Source: Chrysomallon squamiferum (Eukaryota; Animalia; Mollusca). From it: 64,000 nt of DNA. Shown in pieces: positions 23,449-39,048 of this stretch. The notes beneath the pieces are model-generated. The model saw nothing but the letters and a program-made list of their open reading frames with translations. It made no database searches and was not told the DNA's origin. The stretch's first letter is position 1, and each line of letters starts with the position of its first letter. The position numbers were made by a program, and so were the translations under genes. Location: NCBI GenBank assembly GCA_012295275.1, contig CM022675.1:930001-994000 (forward strand), read 5' to 3'.

Positions 23449-23703
23449 ACTGCAGATAAAAACTAACAGAACAGCATCATCGAGAGAATAACAACAACAA
23501 CAACAACAACAATCAATAATAATAATAATAATAGATATATATATATATATATAATTAAGGCATCAAAAATAATCCAAAGGTTTTCAAAAAGTATTACAAA
23601 AATCTGACATTAATAGTCTTCACAAAACATTAGTTTTGGTTCCTTTCGTAAAAACTCAATTTACCAAACATGCGATACGAAACTGGGTATTGTATATCAA
23701 AAC

Positions 23704-23748
<45 letters not shown>

Positions 23749-23998
23749 TCTCGTAAAGGACCATCTTTATGAAGCATCTAATTTAGGTAACCTGTTGGAT
23801 TTTTAACAGAAATAAAGGAGAGAAAGACATTAAACAATGACAGTATAGATTTCTCGTTGAAAATAAACCGATGTCAAACCATTAAGAAATAGTAAGTATT
23901 AATAGGGATACTGTAATAAAAATGTACTTTAATAAAAACAGTTTTAGATAAGATATACGTAGATATAGGTAGATATAGATACACACGTATGGATGGAT

Positions 23999-24087
<89 letters not shown>

Positions 24088-24274
24088 TATACAGTCACAG
24101 ACTGATGGTTACATGGATACTTCTGTGTCTATGTATGTCTGTCAGAAAGAAAAACACTGAAAAATAACATAGGAGTAAAAAAAAACATCATTTAAATATT
24201 TACTTTATAGAGACACACCCAACACAGCAGTCCTGTAAGTAGTATTTATACTTGTTACATTTTTGTATATAACC

Positions 24275-24347
<73 letters not shown>

Positions 24348-25032
24348 TAAATCATATATTATTAGACAGAGGCATCAAGAGAGACAAACCAACAGATGGA
24401 CAGACTGACGAATAGAGACAGAGAAAAATGGGCCACCTAGCAAGTGCAGACAACACACATTTGTTTTCCTACACACTAACAGCTAAAAAAAAAACCACAC
24501 AGACACACCACAATGAGGATTTGATCTGTTAACATCAAAATAAAAAAACTGCTTAGGTGCAAGAACATTCACACAGAATGAAAATCACTGCAAACCAAAA
24601 CCAAAACAAAAACAAAGAAACGTATCACATTAAAATAATAATAATAATAAAAATAAAGAAAAAATATGGAAAGTTAAAAAAAGTTAAAAATTTCAAATTA
24701 CGAAACTAACCTGAAAGTTTGGTTATTTTCGCGTCCTGGAGACGACATAGTGTCGCTGATTGTCCTGTTACCGGCATGAACGTATCATTGTGCACCATAA
24801 CAAAACAACGCGCTCTGCACGAGCAAGTGGACTGGAACGAGGCTGCTCGGTAAGGAGCACGGATGGAAATTAAAGCGGAATTCTTATTGGTGCTGAGAAA
24901 GGTCACTAACTACTATATGTCAGCCGGCGGCCATTTGTCAAGTAACGTTTATATAAAACACACACACACACACACACACAGAGAAATAGATGGACAGACA
25001 GAACACACACACACACACACAAATAGATGGAT

Positions 25033-25142
<110 letters not shown>

Positions 25143-26397
25143 CATAAACAGACAGAAAAACAGAGAAAAAGATAAACAGAAAAACAAACAGATAGAGAGA
25201 CAGAAAATTTGTTTCATAAATAGACAGATAAACAGTTAAACAGTTCCATTACGCATATAAATTGAAAGCTGGACGACGTAGGCACATACAGACAAACAAA
25301 TGAACAGACGAACTGAAGGATGGATATATAAAAAGAATGAAACGAAAAAAAAAAAAAAAAAACCCAGGGAGGCTCCGTAACTTTTACCAGTGCCAAGTAC
25401 AAAGTGTTTTGAATACATCGTGATAACAGATACATTATCGCGGGCATGCACGTGTAATGAACTTTTTCTTCTTTTTTTCTTCTTCGTTTCATAAACATTA
25501 CTGACATCATCTGCGACAGGACATTCAAGAAAACATCAGTAAATCATTAAACAAATTCCACGGCTTAGCTAACAGACCACACCCTGGTTGCTAGGCAACT
25601 GCGAAATGACCAGCAGTGACTCGCTGGTGCAAGATCGGGTCATTACTCTTAGCTATTTTGAGTAGCCGGGCTAAAACACGCGTTTCCTGGACGTTACTAG
25701 GCACTAATTGTTTCATTACCGTTGCCTGCCCGTCAACAAAAACAGACGAATACATGAATGACACCTCGTCACGTGATATTACTAAATCTACTTTTCACAA
25801 TGGCTGTGTTTCAGATACCGTGGTTGTTTTGATTGCCCGAGGGGTGCGGCCTGCATGTCCCGAGGGAGGTGGAAAGCCTGCGTGTTAGATAGAAGGTCAT
25901 TGTAACTGGCGAGAGATTGTGTTTGTAGATGAGTGTGAAAATCACGTTTCATGTGACACTTGCAGTGAGTTCAGTATCACGATAATAAATCAGTACGAAA
26001 ACACGTCACGCCGGACCTTCATTACTCATCTTTTTTTTAGCTCGGCTGCTTGTAAAATTATGGAATAAACATGTGGATTTGTTTTTATAATTTATTTTTA
26101 TTTATTTTTTATTTATTTATTTTTTATTTTTTTTCTTATTTTTTCTTATTTGTTTTTATTTCAGAAAGTTTTTGGTGGAGGAATAAATCTAAATATTATT
26201 CGTTTGAAAAAAACACTTGTAATAATAAATTTTGCAAGTCAAGGAATTTCGCCAGGAAACGGTGTAGTGTTTCCGAACTGACCCACTAACAAAATGTACC
26301 GGAAATAACATACATGTCAAGCGACAGGGGCGAACCTGAAGGAGACATCGAAGGGGGAATGTAACTTGAAATCACAAACACGTGTGTGTGGGCGTGT

Positions 26398-26449
<52 letters not shown>

Positions 26450-27766
26450 ATATATATTTATATATGAGTATGCAGTATGTTTGAATATTATGAATATATA
26501 TGTATATATATATATTTCAGAATATATTTGTATATTTATAAAAATATTTCGTATATTTATAAAAATACGTATGTAAATATGTATAATCTCCCAGGCTACA
26601 CACAATACTAGTAGAACACGTATAAACAATATATCTGTAGCTGAGAATCGGAGCTTAGTAATAAAAAAACAAACAAAAAAAAAAAAAAAAAAAAAAAGAA
26701 AAAAAAAACAAAAAAAACAACAACAACGAAGAAACCTTTCTATTGTCATTATAAACCGGATCAGAATACTCCCCCACACACCTTACTCCCCCCGTCACGC
26801 TTTTCCGAGGCGTCCTGTAACTGGGTCATTCTGCACTGGGTCACAGAGAAGCAGACGTGAGTTTTGACATGCAGAATGAGCGCCGTGTTAAAAACTGCTT
26901 GAATCAGACGCAGGACTTTTTGTTTCCAGACCCGTGATAATTAACAAACGGGGAAACTCACAAGGAATTTTATCTCGTGTATAAAAAAAAAATGTATCTT
27001 TGCTTTATTCTGTCATTATCGTAATTGTTTTGTGTATATATATATATATATATTTTTTTTAATTTTTAATTTTTTTTTTTTATCTACAATTTCCTGCTTC
27101 CTCCTCTTTTTATGGAATCTTAAGGAAGAATATGTGCATGTGTGTGCATGTGTGTGTGTGTGTGTGTATATGTGTGTACATGTATGTATATATATATATT
27201 AATGTATAGCCTACACGTAATGTATGTGTATATATGCATGTATCTATGTGTGGGTGTGATTATATGTATATGTAAATGGTGTAAGTATCAGTATACTTAT
27301 CCATAGTCATTTAATCGTTATTTTGTGTGTTTTTTGTTTTTATCCGCTGGACAAAACAAACAAATAAATAAACTGAAGAACGAACGTGATGGCCAAAGTT
27401 GTGAGAAAACACGCTAAAAGTACACAACTTTGACTATTTTAAACTTGATGATACGAAAACAAATAAAATATTTACAACTAAACTATTTGCCGTTCGTGAC
27501 GAACAATGGTCGGACCCCGATCTGCGGTTGCTATAGTAACCTTGATTTTTGTCCCTAAATTCAGACAAGCTTGGTTTCACATTTTACAAATTTTCTCAGC
27601 GGTGAAATGAATTTTTTTTTCTTGGCTACTTTGGAGATAAAAACGTAGGAAAGTGAGATGAAAATAAAGATAAAGAGAAATAAATAAAAGGAAAACAAAA
27701 TCTAAGTATGAATTTTAATAATGTATAAATTATATGTGTGTGTGTATATATATATATATATATAAG

Positions 27767-28100
27767 TAATAATATCGACTTCTAATACGTAAAAATGTCG
27801 ATATATAATAGGCAGTAATGTCGATATGTAATACGTAGTAATGTCGACATGTAATATACAGTAACGTAGATATGTAATACGTAGTAATGCCGATATGTAA
27901 TATACAGTAACGTAGATATGTAATACGTAGTAATACCGATATGTAATATACAGTAACGTAGATATGTAATACATAGTAATGCCGATATGTAATATACAGT
28001 AATGTCGATATATAATACTTAGTAATGTCGATATGTAATACGCAATAATATCGATATGTAATACGTTGCATTGTTAATATGTAACATGTAGTAATGTCGT
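27767..28100. repeat. 23 bp minisatellite with alternating unit variants
   Basis: gtaatg(t/c)cgatatgtaatataca alternates with gtaacgtagatatgtaatacgta. Confidence 0.9.
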
Positions 28101-28347
28101 TAAATCTATATCGTTAGTTATCTAACATACGTTACAATTAATCCCTCTTGTTATGTTATTCATCACGTTACAGTTTTATGTACATTTAAGAACAGCGTCT
28201 GCGTTATCTTCCATCAAGCAACGTGCACGTTAAATACGTTAAATACTTTACGATATATTAACACGTAATTTTTAATGTTTATCACGTTTCGTACGCAGCC
28301 TTTTATCAGCTAGTTAGTGACGCTGTTCATGCAATCACTACAAAATG

Positions 28348-28655
28348 AGTCGATTATAAAACACTCTACGATGTATTTTCCCTGCCAATGGGAGTGCATG
28401 TATTTTATTGATCCTGAGTAAACATAACCCCAGTCGATTATAAAAAAGATGTGCCGATTGGAGTGCATTTACTTTATTGATACTGAGTTAGTACAGGCGA
28501 TAGAAGAGTCCATTATGAAAGGCAGGGGAATATATTTATTTATTTCACTGATATTAGAACAGCACATGAAAAAGTTGATTATAAAAGGAACGGCTGAGTA
28601 TTTTGCTGCTCATGGGAATGTATTTACTTTATTGATGCTGGGTGAGAATAGCCCG
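28348..28655. repeat. Degenerate ~75-85 bp tandem repeat (~4 units)
   Basis: Recurring gtcgattataaaa...ggagtgcat..tttattgat.ctgagt. Confidence 0.7.
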
Positions 28656-29880
28656 TGAATGAGCATCCGCTGTTTTCCTTTCTAGATTCCTGTCGTTGAA
28701 GAGAAGGTGACGCGGTCACCGCTTTGTCCTGTTTACGTGTTTCCTCTCACGTTCGCGTTTTCATAATCGATATTTTAAAACTATTCCGAGATGTCGTTAA
28801 AATAAATGATAATTTAAAAGATAGCAGAAAAATAAATTAATCTTTTATTTTATTATTATTTTTTTGGTGTGTGTGGTTAAACAAAATTAATAAAGATCAG
28901 TGTATGGTCATTTCTTTTCTGTCGCCAACAAATTAGACATTCATCCCTTTTTTTTTCTTCTTTTTAGACAAGGATAATTTAAAAAATTCAAGAAATGTAT
29001 AATGATTATGTTTCTTTAAATACTCATCATTTGATGCATAGGAAAACGTATATAATAAAATATAGTTTTTGTTTATTTTAGACACCAAAAAAGTAATAAA
29101 TAATAATAATTAAAAAGTTGAAAAAAAATATATGTACAAAAATAGATAGACAGATAGATAGATAGATAGATAAAAACAAAGAAAAGAAACAACCCTAAAA
29201 CAATTAGAAAGAAGAAATGCCTTCTAAAATATCCAATGTTTTTGTCCAAAATATAATCCCAGGACGTCTTACCTTTAAAAAGTTTTTAAAAATCAAAATA
29301 ATTATATATATATATAAAAAAAGAGAAAATATCGTTAACAACAAATTCCTACCTTCTGATATTTGCACACGGCATAAAGCGTGAATCGTGCATGACGCAA
29401 TTAATTTCACTTCTGCTCTTCTTACTTCTTAACTTCGTGTTCTTCCGCCGCTCGTCTGCGCCTTTCGATCTGCACGTGACGTTTCGCGGCTTGCCGGCTT
29501 GGTTAACATTTGTACAGCAAATGGTCGACGTATTTCGCGAGGGATGGGGTGGGCTGGGGGGAGGATTTGGAGATGAGTGTTTACACCTTCTTACAGTATT
29601 TGACAACAGCAACTTTTTTTTTTTTTTTTTTTTTTTGTAAATAAAATTTTTGTTTAAAAGAAGGAAATCGTTTGACACGGAGAGTTTTGGAGGCGTTTTT
29701 AGTAAAAACATTTCAGCCTGATGGCGGAGTGGAAATTCTGTTCATAATTCCGCTTTGAATTAAATAAAAGTTTAGGATTATTTGACTCAAATCGTGAGGA
29801 AATATTACAGTTATTTTGCTTTTGTTTCTTTGCGAGTCTAAATTCTTTATATGCAACTGCAAAAACAAACATAACGACTC

Positions 29881-29922
<42 letters not shown>

Positions 29923-29966
29923 AACAACAACGATAAAAAATAAAAATATAACAAGAGCAGGAGCAA

Positions 29967-30007
<41 letters not shown>

Positions 30008-31372
30008 ATAATAATAATAATAATAATAAGAAGAAGAAGAAGAAGAAGAAGAAGAATATGGAATTAATAATGAAGAAATTAGCACTGAACTCTTCATTTC
30101 ATTGATTTTGTTTAAACAGTTAAAAGTTAAATTAATCAGCGATAACAGTGCCATTATCATTTAGTCGAAAATACACGAAATAATACGGAAATATCCGGAA
30201 ATATCTGAAATATTTAAAAAGCATCCGAATAAAGTTAATTTCCTTTACAATCTTTAAGTTGTTTTAGAAAGCAAAATAAACAACAACAACAACAAATTTC
30301 AAGCAACAAATTATTAAGTAAATAAATAAATAAATAAATACAAAAAAATGAATTTGTTGAAGAAATGAACTTATTTTACAGCTCATTGGTCACAATTTAG
30401 TCACCAGTTCTCCTCAGAACATTATTTCCCGTTCTACTAGTACCCAGAAGCTTGGTTCCATTAGTGACTGAGTGTTTTCTTTCCTGGGTATGGGAAGGCG
30501 CGTATGAAAAGTCACTTTCTGCTAATACTGAAGTGCGAATCTCATCTGTCAAGTTACTGTTAATAGAACTGTAATGCTAACCAGACAGCAATAGGCAGAA
30601 GTGTCGTAAGTAGACACTGATAATGCTGTATTATTGTATTAATTATTTTAATTCGTTCATTAAATAGTCATTGTTGTTGTTGTTTTTCGTGTGCAGACAC
30701 TTTGTGTTTTTCCTAGTTTGATTTCCGCGACTGTTTTTAGTTACATCATTCATTTGATATTTCTTAGTTCCTCGAGTATTTCAGCACGTATATAATTGCA
30801 CGTGTGTGTGTGTGTGTGTGTGTGTAAACATTATTACACTAAATATTTATACATAAATGTATTTCCGTATGTATGTATGTGTGTATGTGTGTATGTATGT
30901 GTGCATACGTATGGATTTATATATGTATATGTCTGTATGTACGTATGTATATGTAAAAGTATATGTCTATGTCTATGTATATATATTCGATCTATCTACT
31001 TAATACCACAAAAGATCTGTTAATATTATAAGTCTGAATGAGGCAATGTAAATACAAAGCGTTAGAAGTCAGCGGGAAATGAATGGTAACTAAAAGGAAA
31101 TGAGATTATTTTATAGAAAACAAAGAAGTCCATTTATTCACTTTATTTATTTAAATTTTTATTATCACTGACCTCCGAAAATGACAGTAACACAGTACCA
31201 TACATATACAAAACTTGTGAACTTATAACACTGGATGTAACCCCCCTCCCCGGGCACAGCCCTGCCACTGTGACACGTGTTTTATACTTCCGGATATTTT
31301 TTTTATGGGTCACGTTGTAAACAGTTCACCGCTTCGTAGCGCCATTTCGCCGAAATATTAATTTTATTTTAA

Positions 31373-31407
<35 letters not shown>

Positions 31408-31466
31408 TACTACTACTATTAATATTATTATTATTTATTACTATTATTATTATTATTATTATTTAC

Positions 31467-31517
<51 letters not shown>

Positions 31518-31934
31518 GTTTTATGTTATTAATTAACCAATGATACTCAGCGGTATTGATATAGAAGAGTAATTATGAATCAAGGTGTTTGATAAAACGA
31601 ATTTATTAATTATCTATGCTAAAAGCGAACATAAAACCGAGCTGGATTATTGTCACATCCTAGACAAGCTGATTAAGTAAAATGATGCTAAGAAGTATTT
31701 AGTTTTGTATTTCGCTTTCTGGGGTGATTGACATTACGTTGCATTACGTTACCTTACGTTACGTTACGTTACGTTACGTTATGTTGTTCTGTGGTGTTGT
31801 TTTTTTGCATAAAATAAAATAAAATAAATAAAAATTAATTAGATTCGATCCGAAAATATACCATCCAAAAAAAAAAATATATATAAAAAAATAAGCAAGC
31901 AAACAAAAAGACACTAAATAAATAAATAAATAAA

Positions 31935-32006
<72 letters not shown>

Positions 32007-32018
32007 AACAATAATATC

Positions 32019-32086
<68 letters not shown>

Positions 32087-33070
32087 GTTTAAAAAAATAT
32101 TAATAAAATAAAATTAAAACAAAAAAATTTAGATAATTAAAAAAAAAATTAAACTGACTTTCGCAGAGAAGGATCGATCCTATGGACCTCGAATCGTTAC
32201 GTAAACAGATAATCTCTTTACTCGGAATGTTCGTGTTATTTCAGCAATGTCCGTCAAATGACGAATCAAGGCGCAGTGTTATAGATTAATTTGTTTTGTT
32301 TGTATCAGTCTCGTTCTCGACACAGAGTAAACAAAGTACACCGACTCCCTGAAACAAATACGCTTTGTTTGAAGAGCGACTGTCACCCGTCTACGACTGT
32401 TTCGTTGCGTCTGCGGTTTTCGTTTTTAATCTAAACGTAAAACTTTGATCATTTTCACCTTTATTGTGGTTTCGTTTTGAACCGAGAAATTATAAACTTT
32501 TCCATGGATTTGTTTTTTATTTAACTCTTTATTTTTATTTGAAAAAAGAAAGATAAAGACTCAACAGGAATTATTGTGAAATGAAAAAGAAATAAAAGCA
32601 GTAAATATATATATAATATTTTTAATTCTTTCTTTCTTTCCATAAACGATCAGAAAAGGAAATGAAAAAGAAAGGAAAGCATATTTTTAATTCTTTCTTT
32701 CTTTCTGTCATTCTTTCTATAAACGATCAGTCGCTCATCAGGTTAATTTCTTTAAAATAAATCTTTAATTTAAGTTTTAACAATGTTTAAGTCAAGCCTA
32801 TCAAACCGGTCAAAAATCAGTCTTTGGTAGTGGGAATTCACGGGGATTTTCACATTCCAGCCAAGTATTTTATGCTTTACCATCTAAGGGCAGGTGAATA
32901 TAAACATTTCTTTACTGCCGATTTATTGCTAACATTACTGCAATATTCAGTCTTTAAATTATATATCTATATATCTATATGTATCAATCCATCTATATAC
33001 ATATCAGTATATATATTTATACATAAATGTATTTCCGTATGTATGTATGTGTGTATGTGTGTATATGTGA

Positions 33071-33102
<32 letters not shown>

Positions 33103-33626
33103 GTATATATATATATACACATACATACATATACATACATACATACATACATACATACATAAATACACAGGTACATACATATATAGATTATATATACAAA
33201 TAAATCAAATAAATTACTTTAAACTTACCTTGTCGACAAAACGAACTTCTCTGTGGCTGATGCAGAAAGTATTCTACGATATCGATGCAGCGATTTAAAT
33301 ATTTTTTTCAACTATTCACGTTTATTGAAATGTTATGTTTGAACTGGAGACAGACTAGGAAATAGATTCGACATTTTCATTGGTTAAGAAGTTGAGCGAC
33401 GCCCCAGTTACATTGATACTTTTCATATTTACACGAAACAGTTTGCACGTAGGCCGCAACATCCGGACATGCGCAGTGAGTTGACTGCATTGTGCGTACT
33501 CCAATTGATTTTTCCGTTTCGACATTTGTCTTCCTGGTTTATTTCTTCTTTTTTTTTATTTTCTTTTCTCATTTTTCTTATTGTTTAATTTTTTTTATAA
33601 AATACTTAGAAAATAAATTATCGTTA

Positions 33627-33698
<72 letters not shown>

Positions 33699-33824
33699 TC
33701 CTTATAAAGGGTATTAGAATTAGTATAAGAAATATCAAACGTTCCTGTACTGGTAGTGGTGGGAACAGTAGTAATAGGGGTAGTAGGAGTAGCAGATGTA
33801 ATACTAGGAACAGTGTTAGTAATA

Positions 33825-34544
33825 CAGTATTCCCTTGCTATTCGCGGGGGTTACGTTCTTTACCCCCCCCCCCGCGAATAGCGAAAAACCGCGAATATTG
33901 GATGCAGTTTTAAAACGTCTATTATGAGATTATATACGGTACTAAATGCTTCCCAAACACTTTCTAAAGACACTCTTACTCATTAATACAGTAATAATGT
34001 AGTAATATTGCATGCAGTTATGTATTTCACTAATGTAGTAATGATAATGTAAACACATTTTAATTTTGTACTGAAACAATATTTTAATCAGAAAGAAACG
34101 TAAGTACAGGAGGACAGTAACACCGCATAGCATAGTTACCCATACAGTATTACTGTACCGTAAAGTCATTTTCTATGCATATGTATTAGAATTGACAGAA
34201 AGTGGAACAAATTTAAAGGCAAACAGACAGATAAATACAGTACGCACAGTTCAGGTAATAAAAATACAATTCAGTAATAATATGCAATTAAAAACATTAT
34301 TAATACACGGTCACAAAAAATATGCACTGTACATACAGTGTATGCATTTATAAAAAAATACGTACTGTATTGCAATAATAATTGAAAAAATTTGATATTG
34401 TTTGTGCGGTTTACCGAGCGTTTGTTTTTATGACGTTATGACGCTCGCCTGGTATACCAGCATACGATGCGATAGGGTTAAGAGCCTAACCCGCGAATAT
34501 GCGGGGCCGCGAATGGGGAACCGCGAACAGGTGAGGGTATACTG
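33825..34544. mobile_element. Non-autonomous Tc1/mariner-pogo (Tigger-like) DNA transposon / MITE, 720 bp
   Basis: Left end CAGTATTCCCTTGCTATTCGCGG matches the reverse complement of the right end, CAGTATACCCTCACCTGTTCGCGG. TA on both flanks (33823-24, 34545-46). Subterminal CCGCGAA repeats at both ends. No transposase ORF. Confidence 0.85.
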
Positions 34545-35012
34545 TAATAGTAGTAGTTCTTATAGTAGTAGTAGTAGTAGTAGCAGCAGAAGCAGTAGTA
34601 ATAGTACGATCACTTAGTTGTTGGTTATTATTATTGTTGTTGTTGTCGCTGACGCTGCTGCTGTGTCTGTTGTTGTTGTTATTTACCAATCTGCTTCATG
34701 TTGCAGTAATATATGTAGGACGTTTTTAAATTAAAAAGTTTTCCTAATGGCAAAATATATGTTTTTATTATTAAAAATACAGTACGACCCACTCACGTGA
34801 ATTAGAAACATATCAAAAGAGGCTGAACAAAGGAGTGAATGAATACGATGATCACTGATCATGGAGCACTGGCAGGAACGTGAAATAATTAAATGGACAC
34901 ACTGTGTGGGGTGGATACTGCAGCGTAATGGTTCATTCTACAAGTCAGCACATACGAACACTGTTAACATCTTAAGCGATATCTTCATCAAAAGATTATA
35001 TCTGTCATCGCA

Positions 35013-35080
<68 letters not shown>

Positions 35081-35742
35081 CCCTCTCCCTCCCTCCCTCC
35101 CTCCGTGTGTTCTCATTAAATAAATGAATTTCCCATTTGTCCCATACGACTGACTGCGACTAATTTTCCTTTAAGAGGAAAATAAAGCCTCTTTATCACG
35201 CTTGGCTTAGCTCAGTCGGGTGATGCGATATCGCTTGCAAATACTTATTTAGATGCAGTAACTCATTAATTCAATCTTATCAGGTATACTTCACTTTCTC
35301 TTTTTTTATTTTTTAAAAAAAAAAAATTTTTTTTTTTTTTTTTTTTGGTTATTACGCAGCAAATCATAAAAATGTCAAGGTAAATTTGTTTATTTAAATT
35401 TATGCTTTTTAAAAGGGAAGTTCCGTATCAAAATTTAATCGATTTTCATTGTTCATTTTTTTTTTTTTTTTTTTTTTTGTCCTCTTTCTTGATATACTAA
35501 TGCAGAACAGCAGTCGAAGAAAACATTAAAAATATAAATTTTTATATAAAAATTTGAAAACCTTGAGAAAAAGGCCACCACGAGGGACGAAAACAAAACG
35601 AAACAACTACGGCGACATCAGTAATAAAAACATAATGGCAGTAATTTAAGAACTACAGCCACTACAACAGCAGTGACAGAGAATAAGAGTATCACACAGT
35701 ACAACTTCAACAACAACAATAACCATAGCAACAACAGCAACA

Positions 35743-35803
<61 letters not shown>

Positions 35804-35804
35804 C

Positions 35805-35872
<68 letters not shown>

Positions 35873-37054
35873 TAATAATAATAGTAATAGTATATATTTC
35901 ACCACGGAATATACAGTTTAACATATAGTTCATCTAATACATGCTAATATAAGAAAATATAAAAGTAAATTAACGTGTTATACTGGAGAAATCTCAAAAA
36001 CCTGTAAACATGTTCTACACAATCCTAGTAGTAAATGTTTGTCGTATAACAACAAAGTTTATGTTATGTTAAGAAACGTAAAAAGGTTCATAATGGCAGA
36101 AATGAAATAGAAAAATAAATAAAATCTTTTCATATTTTTGCATTTTCAGTCCATAATAGTTATGTCATATTTTAATTTTATACAAATACCTTTTTCCTAT
36201 TAATTCCGTTTTTCTTCAAATTTAATTGTTCTGTCATTTATCTTACAAATACATCTCTTTTATACTGCATGTTCAGAATATTTGGGAATCGAGTTAAATT
36301 AGCAATATTAAATTGGCTGTTTTATCTTTTTTCAGAATAATTGTATAAAATAATTGTTTGTGCATTTATTTGAAGTCTAACTTTTGTTTTAAAAAAGTAT
36401 CCAGTTTGAAACAGTGTTCGAGAATGTCTGAACATGTTCACATAAGTAAAAAATGTGCATAATTCTTCACTAAACATATGACAAAAAGAGTATTTATCTC
36501 AGTCTTCTATACTGTGTAATAGCATATTGTTTATTTGTTGTGGAGATAAACAACAAGACGTTGTACTGAAAATTCTAACCTTGTGTCTGTGAACGGAAGA
36601 AGATTATATCTTTTCCACCATTTAACATAGAACTTTATACCAAAATTTATGCCGTATAATTTAACGCATTTATTTTATCTTCTGAAGTAGTTTCAATTAT
36701 TCAGTCATTGTAGAATATTTTTTTTTTTTTTTTTTACAAAATTTTGTTCAGGCAGTTCTTATAGACAGCTAGGAATTCCTGGCTTTTGTAGTGTTGCTTT
36801 TTCTCTGTGTAAAGCCAATGTATAATATTTTTACACTGCTAACATGAATCCATTGTAAACTGTAAATGGTGTCTAGTGTTACATTTTTTTGAAAACCAGC
36901 TGGCATTAGCGAACTTATCTTTCAAAAATAAAATTCCTTTATTTGCCCATGTCTTGTAATAAACACATTTATCAGTTTTTATCTGAGACTTACACCAAAT
37001 CGGTAGACTTCGTATTTTTGCACATCAGTGGTTATGCTTTATTGTAGTCATATC

Positions 37055-37155
<101 letters not shown>

Positions 37156-37524
37156 GAACAACAACATGCATGATTATCGTCTGGTGTATTAAATCAAATT
37201 TATAGCTTAGCAAAGGACGAAATGTTTTACTTAACAGCGCAGTCCAATAACAGAAAATAATAAATAAACGGACAGACAAACGCACATAAAGACGGCAGAA
37301 CATACGAATAACAGACATGTGATACATTACGACTGTTAATACTAAACAGAGACGTCGTTATACAAAAAGTATTCAGTTGTTTGATCGTGAACATGGGCGG
37401 GTGCGTTGTTTTGTACAGATTTCTGTTTATCAGTGAAATATTTCAGATAAATTTTATCACGAGAAAACTGCAACTAGGAAGACTGATAAACTCAGGATCG
37501 TCCGTAATAATGAACCACACCTCC

Positions 37525-37586
<62 letters not shown>

Positions 37587-38045
37587 GAAACTGACAGTTC
37601 ACAATTAAGGGTATGTGGAAACTAGTGAGATCAGACTAACAAGATAAAATTCATATCTCGTCTCATCTTCGTCACAAATTCCTCACCTGGTCCCGCCCAG
37701 AGCTCGTTATTAATCCGTGATTTAGAAAAAACCTTAACAGATAAAATATTCTTATAAAATTTAACAAGATTCAAAAGGACACGCCTCAGTTAGCAGACGA
37801 CCGTAGAGTAATTACGACATACCCAGTGTTCATAAACAGACACACCTATTACAGACATAATCATGACATTGTTCTCACAGAAAAAAATCATACAGATAGA
37901 GTTTTTATAGATAAAACTATACAGATACAGTTCTCATAATACCTTATATATATACAGTTCTAATGGACAATACCGCATAGATAGAGTTTTAATACACAAA
38001 ACAACATAGAAACAGTTCAAAAAGATAAAATCACATAGAAAAACC

Positions 38046-38363
38046 CAGATATATACAGTTCTTATAGACAGAACCAGATATATACAGTTCTTACAGACAG
38101 AATCAGAGATATACAGTTCTTACAGACAGAACCAGATATATACAGTTCTAACAGACAGAATCAGATATATACAGTTCTTATAGACAGAATCAGATATATA
38201 AAGTTCTAACAGACAGAACCAGATATATACAGTTCTTATAGACAGAATCAGAGATATACAGTTCTTATAGACAGAAGCATATATATATATACAGTTCTTA
38301 TAGACAGAATCAGAGATATACAGTTCTTATAGACAGAATCAGATATATACAGTTCTTATAGAC
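38046..38363. repeat. 29 bp minisatellite (~11 copies; decayed copies back to ~37830)
   Basis: Unit caga(t/g)atatacagttctta(t/c)agacagaa(c/t). Confidence 0.93.
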
Positions 38364-38821
38364 TAAACAACAGAGGTAGATTTCTCACAGATCGTACATC
38401 AGATTTGCTAAAATCTAAATTTATCGACATATTGTTAAAACAGATATTTAAAAAAAATAAAAATAAAAAATAAATAAATAAATTCGTCCATATATTAATT
38501 CAATACTATTTTTTTTTATATACATACATCTCTCAATCGCTGAGATGTCAAAATGTCACCTTCCTTCAGGTGTTCAAACGTAGACATATTTGGAAATACT
38601 CCTGTTTGCAGGTGCAGGATGCAATTTCTGATATCAGCAAAGATCTGTTAAGAGGTCGCAGAAGTCATGACGTTACGGTGTTGTCGTTGTCGTTTCCAGG
38701 TTTTCAGCGACGCTGACACTGTAGGTGTTTCATCGTTCAATTCACTGAACTGTGTTAATGCTATTTTAATAAATATAACTGATGCTATCATTTCCGAATT
38801 ATCAAGATTAGTTTAATTAAC

Positions 38822-38897
<76 letters not shown>

Positions 38898-38983
38898 TAA
38901 TGACACCAACAACAAGAACACAACAGGAACAACAACAACAATAATAATAAATTCGGAATAACTATCTGTCTGTTTTTCCGACC

Positions 38984-39048
<65 letters not shown>

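Noticed and set aside
32160-32200. Minus-strand gaggtccataggatcgatccttctctgcga, resembling a tRNA T-arm / tRNA-derived SINE head
   Set aside because: Only ~30 nt of resemblance; no 5' half or cloverleaf can be built.
30843-33064. ~52 bp identical segment at 30843-30894 and 33013-33064
   Set aside because: Mostly low-complexity TATG/TG sequence; at best a small repeat fragment.
35200-35235. Pol III A-box-like tagctcagtcgg
   Set aside because: No B-box or tRNA fold follows.
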